DNA of 64,000 nucleotides from Oikopleura dioica. Lineage: Eukaryota; Animalia; Chordata. How positions within the stretch are numbered: the first letter of the stretch is position 1; each line of letters opens with the position of its first letter. Below are positions 59,917 through 64,000 of this stretch, piece by piece. The notes beneath the pieces were generated by a model, which saw only the letters and a program-made list of their open reading frames with translations, was not told where the DNA came from and did no database searches. The position numbers were made by a program, and so were the translations under genes. Location of the stretch: the NCBI GenBank assembly GCA_907165135.1, contig OU015567.1, positions 5,270,001 through 5,334,000 of the forward strand. The letters run 5' to 3'.

Positions 59917-61069
59917 CTAAGACAATCTGGTGGAAATTGAGCAGGAAATATCTAGTTTGTCGATTTGGGAAGTCGAAGTCGTCATTCGAGGAAAACGGAG
60001 GGCATCGGTTCCGACCAGGGAGACGTGAAGGGCTGTTCCGGTCGTTGTCACTGCTCTAGAATGAAGATTGAAGGAAGGGATGGAGAGGGGACTGTACTTG
60101 TTGGTGAGAATGGTGAAGGAAGCGGAGTCGAGATTGAGGGTACAGTCGGTCAGGTCGACGAAGAAACTGTCCGAGGAATCGTGGGTCACCTTGACGTCCA
60201 TCATTTCTCCAAGACGGTCTCCACCTAGAGAAAAATCTTGAGAAAACTTAATATTTATTTTTCGATATTCAACCTCACAGTTTTGAATAAATTTGGATAC
60301 GGCCAAAAATCGTCAAGATAATTTTATTTTTACTTCAGCTTTATAAAATTTAGAGAAAATCCTAAAGAAATAAATAAAGCCAACTTTATGGTGTTTGTAT
60401 TTTTTTATACTTCAGATTACCTGTAACATTGAAAGAAAACACTGTATTGAAAGGAATTTCGCCCGTTGTCGTGACAGTCGAAATCGTCATCGCTAGAATA
60501 TTAGAATTATCATCAATTAGTGCCCTATCAGATCATCTTTTCCTTACCATCTTTGGTAACCGAAGACGAAGAAGTATACCCATCGAGGGAGACACTTTCG
60601 CAGGTGATTTCTTGAACATCTGAAAAAAATACTGTAGCGCCGTCGACTGTAGCTGCGTGTTGGACATATCCAGTGTAGTTCACTACATTTTAGCGTAAGA
60701 TATTAGAGAATGGATGAGTACCTGAGCTTCCACCAGAAGAAGTAAAGCAATCAGCGTATGGGACGTTCAAAGTGCTGTTTAGAACACAATTGGTCGGGAT
60801 GGACGCGGAGGAATCGAATTCTAGACAAAGATGAGGGTTAAGGGGAGGGTTGCTACTGTACCTTTTGTTTTAGCAATGTTTAGCCCGGTCAAATCGGTAC
60901 CAAAAGCCCTGTCTATCTCATTAAAGCAAGTGGTATTCAACGTCAAATCCGCCGTCGTCGAGTTGCAATTCACCTCAAACAACAAGCAGCTGTCCGCATA
61001 TGTCAGCGGAGCTACTGTAGTTGTTTGCCCAGCTACTGTCGTTGCTGAAAAAAGTAGAAGAAATAACAT
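59917..61069 (-). CDS. Secreted ZP-domain protein
   Basis: Signal MLFLLLFSATTVAG; EVNCNSTTADLTLNTTC, VPYADC, QEITCE, LGEMMDVKVT...FFVDLTDC, LRFPR...LDISCSI. Confidence 0.7.
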
Positions 61070-61561
61070 TCTCTCCTTGAATATCTCTACTTTCTTTTAC
61101 GAAATAAGGAGCAGAAAAGCAGTAAAAATGCTGATTTTATGAGCTCTTTCTAGCGGATGCATGGAGCATTGTTTCGTCAGAGAATTTAATTATAGAGCAT
61201 TTAAAACGATTCGGAAAAAAATCAGAGTTGACATTAATTTTCACTTAGAAACAAGGCTTTATCTCTGAAACTTCCGCTTGATAATTGTACAATTTTTAAT
61301 CCGACCAAATTTGCTTTGAGTATTTAAGTTTTTTAAATACTTTATTTATAAACTTTTTTTTCCGGAGTGGCAAGGATTGGTCCAATGCCGGGAAAGAAAT
61401 AACTCGTTAAACAAACTTTGTTATGCATATTATTACTTAAAGCTTAGCCCTTGAAATAAGCATAACTCGGAGTTTAGACCAAACAGGGACTTGCGTATAT
61501 AATCGTGAGCGCTTTGCTCTCTACCATCACATTTCAAAAAGGATATATTTTTTGAGAAAAA

Positions 61562-62614
61562 ATGAAAATTTCCGGCTTTTTGCTTTCTAGCGTTTCTTTT
61601 GCTCAAAGGTATGTCTTTAATTTACTCCTCAGAAGCTTTGATCATGACTCATGACTCAAGAGAGACGCTATCAAGCTCGACATAAAGATTAAGGGTATCA
61701 ACTTGGTATTGCGAAAGTCGAGAAAAAAGGACTTTTTTCTGGCAATTTTTCTAAATTTCGGAAAATTATTCTAGATTCTAGACTCAAAAATTTATTCAAA
61801 CAAAGCATAAGAGGATAGCCAAACCTCTCGAATATATAACTTATTTTAGGCATTCCTTTGACAACATATTTCTAAAAGTTGAAACCCCATCATCCCACGT
61901 ATCATAAACATTTCTCTAGAATAAACCTCCGAAACTTGACGGACAGCATCTCCCACTGGGACGACCTCATCGACGATACTCCAACCCAACACTGGTCAGA
62001 CCGACCAACTCAAGGCAGTGAGAGCTCTGAAGATCGCCCCATCGACAACCTCCAGCTCGGAAAAACAGAAGAAAGCGAGGAGAGACTGATCTTTCCCCTC
62101 TCAGAAGAAGATCAAGAAAAACGATATCTTTCGGATGTCGAGAAAAACACCTGTTTTGACTGCCGAGGAACAACCGCCATTGACTGCCTTCAATGGGGAA
62201 GAAAAGTCGACTGCTACGACCACGAGGTAGGCCAGAAAAAAGAGCCATCGAATCATCAACTTTCAGGTCTGCCAAGTAGTGGAACGAAGAAGAGGAGGAA
62301 AATCATACTTTATCGAGGCAAAATGCAAGCAAAAATTCGCCGCATGCCAAATCAACCAGCAACAAAACAACAAGACCCACGGAATCAATGAGCTGACAGA
62401 GTGCCACAATCAACAATTTGACCGTAAAGCCCCCTCTTTTTTTGCCGAAAATCTCAATTTTTTCTTAGTAAATGGAGCAGAGATCCCTTCAACTTGCCGG
62501 CAATGTGCTTCGGATGTTCGCACAATGACACAATTTATCGCGGAAATTTCTCGATTTGACGAATTTAACGGTTTGCCGGTCGAGAAATGGATGAAAAATC
62601 TTGACGAAAAATAA
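61562..62614 (+). CDS. Secreted protein with an acidic spacer and a Ly6/uPAR three-finger-like Cys domain
   Basis: Signal MKISGFLLSSVSFA; CFDCRG...DCLQWG..VDC...VCQVVERRRGG...CKQKFAC...STCRQC. Confidence 0.6.
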
Positions 62615-62779
62615 GCTCAATGCCTTTTTCAACCTTTTTTCTGTAAATAAAAGTCAAAGTTTTAAAAAAAATTGATGACTCTTTTTCATCCTCAGCTGAT
62701 AAGCCCGCCCTTGACTCATTTCATCCCTTTCTCTTCAAATTCTAGCGCGATTGAAAACACAAATCTAAGCACATGCCAT

Positions 62780-64000
62780 ATGGAGCAAATCGTAAATTTT
62801 CTAACAGACAAATCAGAGAATCCGAGCGAAAATGATATTTACGAAAATTTGGTGGATATTATGTTCCAAATGGACAGTGGATTTGGCCAGTGTGTGTTTT
62901 TGTTGGACAAGGGAAACTTTAATCTGTTTCTTAATAAGTTGAAGAGATATGTGGTTATTAACTCGATGAATTTTCTAAGGAAGGCCTCAAAAATTCAAAT
63001 CTTTACTGAAGAAATTACTTAATTGGGAAAAATCTCAAAAAAACTATGTTTATTTTGGGCAAAATCGACGAATAAAATCAGATAATTTTGATGAAATTTC
63101 GGTCAAATTTTAACCAATCAGATGGTCGCTTTTGGTCCGTGAGCCAATGAGATTCGAGAATATATTGACACAAAATTTCGGTCGATTTATTGTACTTTTT
63201 TTGCTTTTTCGAGCCAAAAAATTAGAAAACCGGTAAATAAGGGTCCTCCTTTTGACATGATATTTTCGCTCTAGAATTTTCGAGACCTTTTTGAAGAGAC
63301 GAAATTCCACTGATATCAAGCCTGGAAAAGGCCTCAATCGAAGACTGGCGAGCTATTTCAAATGTGGTCATTTTCTGCGCTGTTCAGCACTCCTCATGGT
63401 AAGCAATTCTAAAGATGCTCAAATCAAAAAATCTGTAGCCAACAATCGCTCATCGAGATCCTCCAAAAAATGCCGGAATCTCGCCAAAAAGAAATCATGG
63501 AAAAAATGAACACGCTCCGAAATCAACACTCGCTAAACGACGAACTAAGCGCGGAGATTTACAAACAGACCCAAAGAGCTGATCAATGCGAGCTGGAAAA
63601 TGAGCAGCTGAGGGAAGAAATAACGAGGTTGCGATCAAAAGCGGAGAATTTGAACAGAGAGAAGGCGTTTATCGCGGATTCTTGTGAGCAGACGGTTTTG
63701 GAGATTCGCTCGAAATTGGAGTCTGTGAGGGAAGAGCTGCTAAGGACGGAGCATCAGTTTGAGGAAGAAAGATTGATAAGGTAAGTTTTCACATGACATG
63801 GGGCCTTTTGAGGGGGTGGCAAAAAAAATTTCGACAAATTTTGCGTGGGCGGCTCCTTGGCTGCTGATTGGCCGGTGCCCCGAATCAAGGCTTCTGATTG
63901 GTTGAAAATTTTCACGAAAATTGTCGAAATTTTTTGTCCGTTCCCTCTTTTGAGGTCGGAAACCTGTGTAGAAAACCTGAGTCAGGTTTTAAAACAGGTT
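62780..64000 (+). CDS. HOOK/CCDC88-like protein (N-terminal HOOK domain plus coiled coil), 3' end outside window
   Basis: LVDIMFQMD; VVIFCAVQ...QSLIEILQKMPESRQKEIME resembles HOOK-domain LLLGCAVQC..FI..I..L....Q..IM; a long coiled coil follows. Confidence 0.6.

Noticed and set aside
9631-63945. Autonomous transposase or retroelement
   Set aside because: No ORF with DDE, RT, integrase or Rep/helicase motifs lies within any TIR-bounded element; all appear non-autonomous.
1-64000. Prokaryotic-type systems (CRISPR array, REP/BIME, toxin or defence operons) suggested by regular palindromes
   Set aside because: The genes have spliceosomal introns and animal families. The palindromes sit inside TIR-bounded dispersed repeats, with no constant-length repeat-spacer array and no cas-like ORF.
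1-64000. tRNA, rRNA, 5S or spliced-leader RNA genes
   Set aside because: No convincing cloverleaf, A/B-box pair or match to a remembered SL or 5S sequence was seen by eye. tRNAscan-SE or Infernal would be needed to exclude them.

Overview
Eukaryotic animal DNA with densely packed genes, many 40-100 bp introns and some GC-AG, GA-AG and GG-AG introns. This pattern points to an appendicularian tunicate such as Oikopleura (inference). About 24 protein-coding loci can be assembled by hand from the ORF track and splice sites. They include a nicotinic ACh receptor alpha subunit (5' end outside the window), three ZP-domain secreted proteins, a C2H2 zinc-finger protein, PDE1, two paralogues of a secreted Cys-rich/kelch-like family, a Tau/MAP2-like protein, ferroportin, ARHGEF17-like, a tandem pair of Lys-rich secreted proteins, a ZNFX1-like protein, GPR84-like, a three-finger-like protein and a HOOK-like protein (3' end outside the window). 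Introns contain many non-autonomous DNA transposons (hAT-like with 8-bp TSDs, TTAA-flanked Kolobok-like, TA-flanked), several of them long foldback palindromes. Main leads: (1) a textbook iron-responsive element just upstream of the ferroportin ATG; (2) a ZNFX1-like gene with NF-X1 fingers, RING-like and RZ finger but no room for the helicase; (3) a Tau-like protein with eight microtubule-binding repeats; (4) long intronic hairpin elements and nested insertions. Exon boundaries were read by eye and family calls rest on recalled motifs, not database searches.
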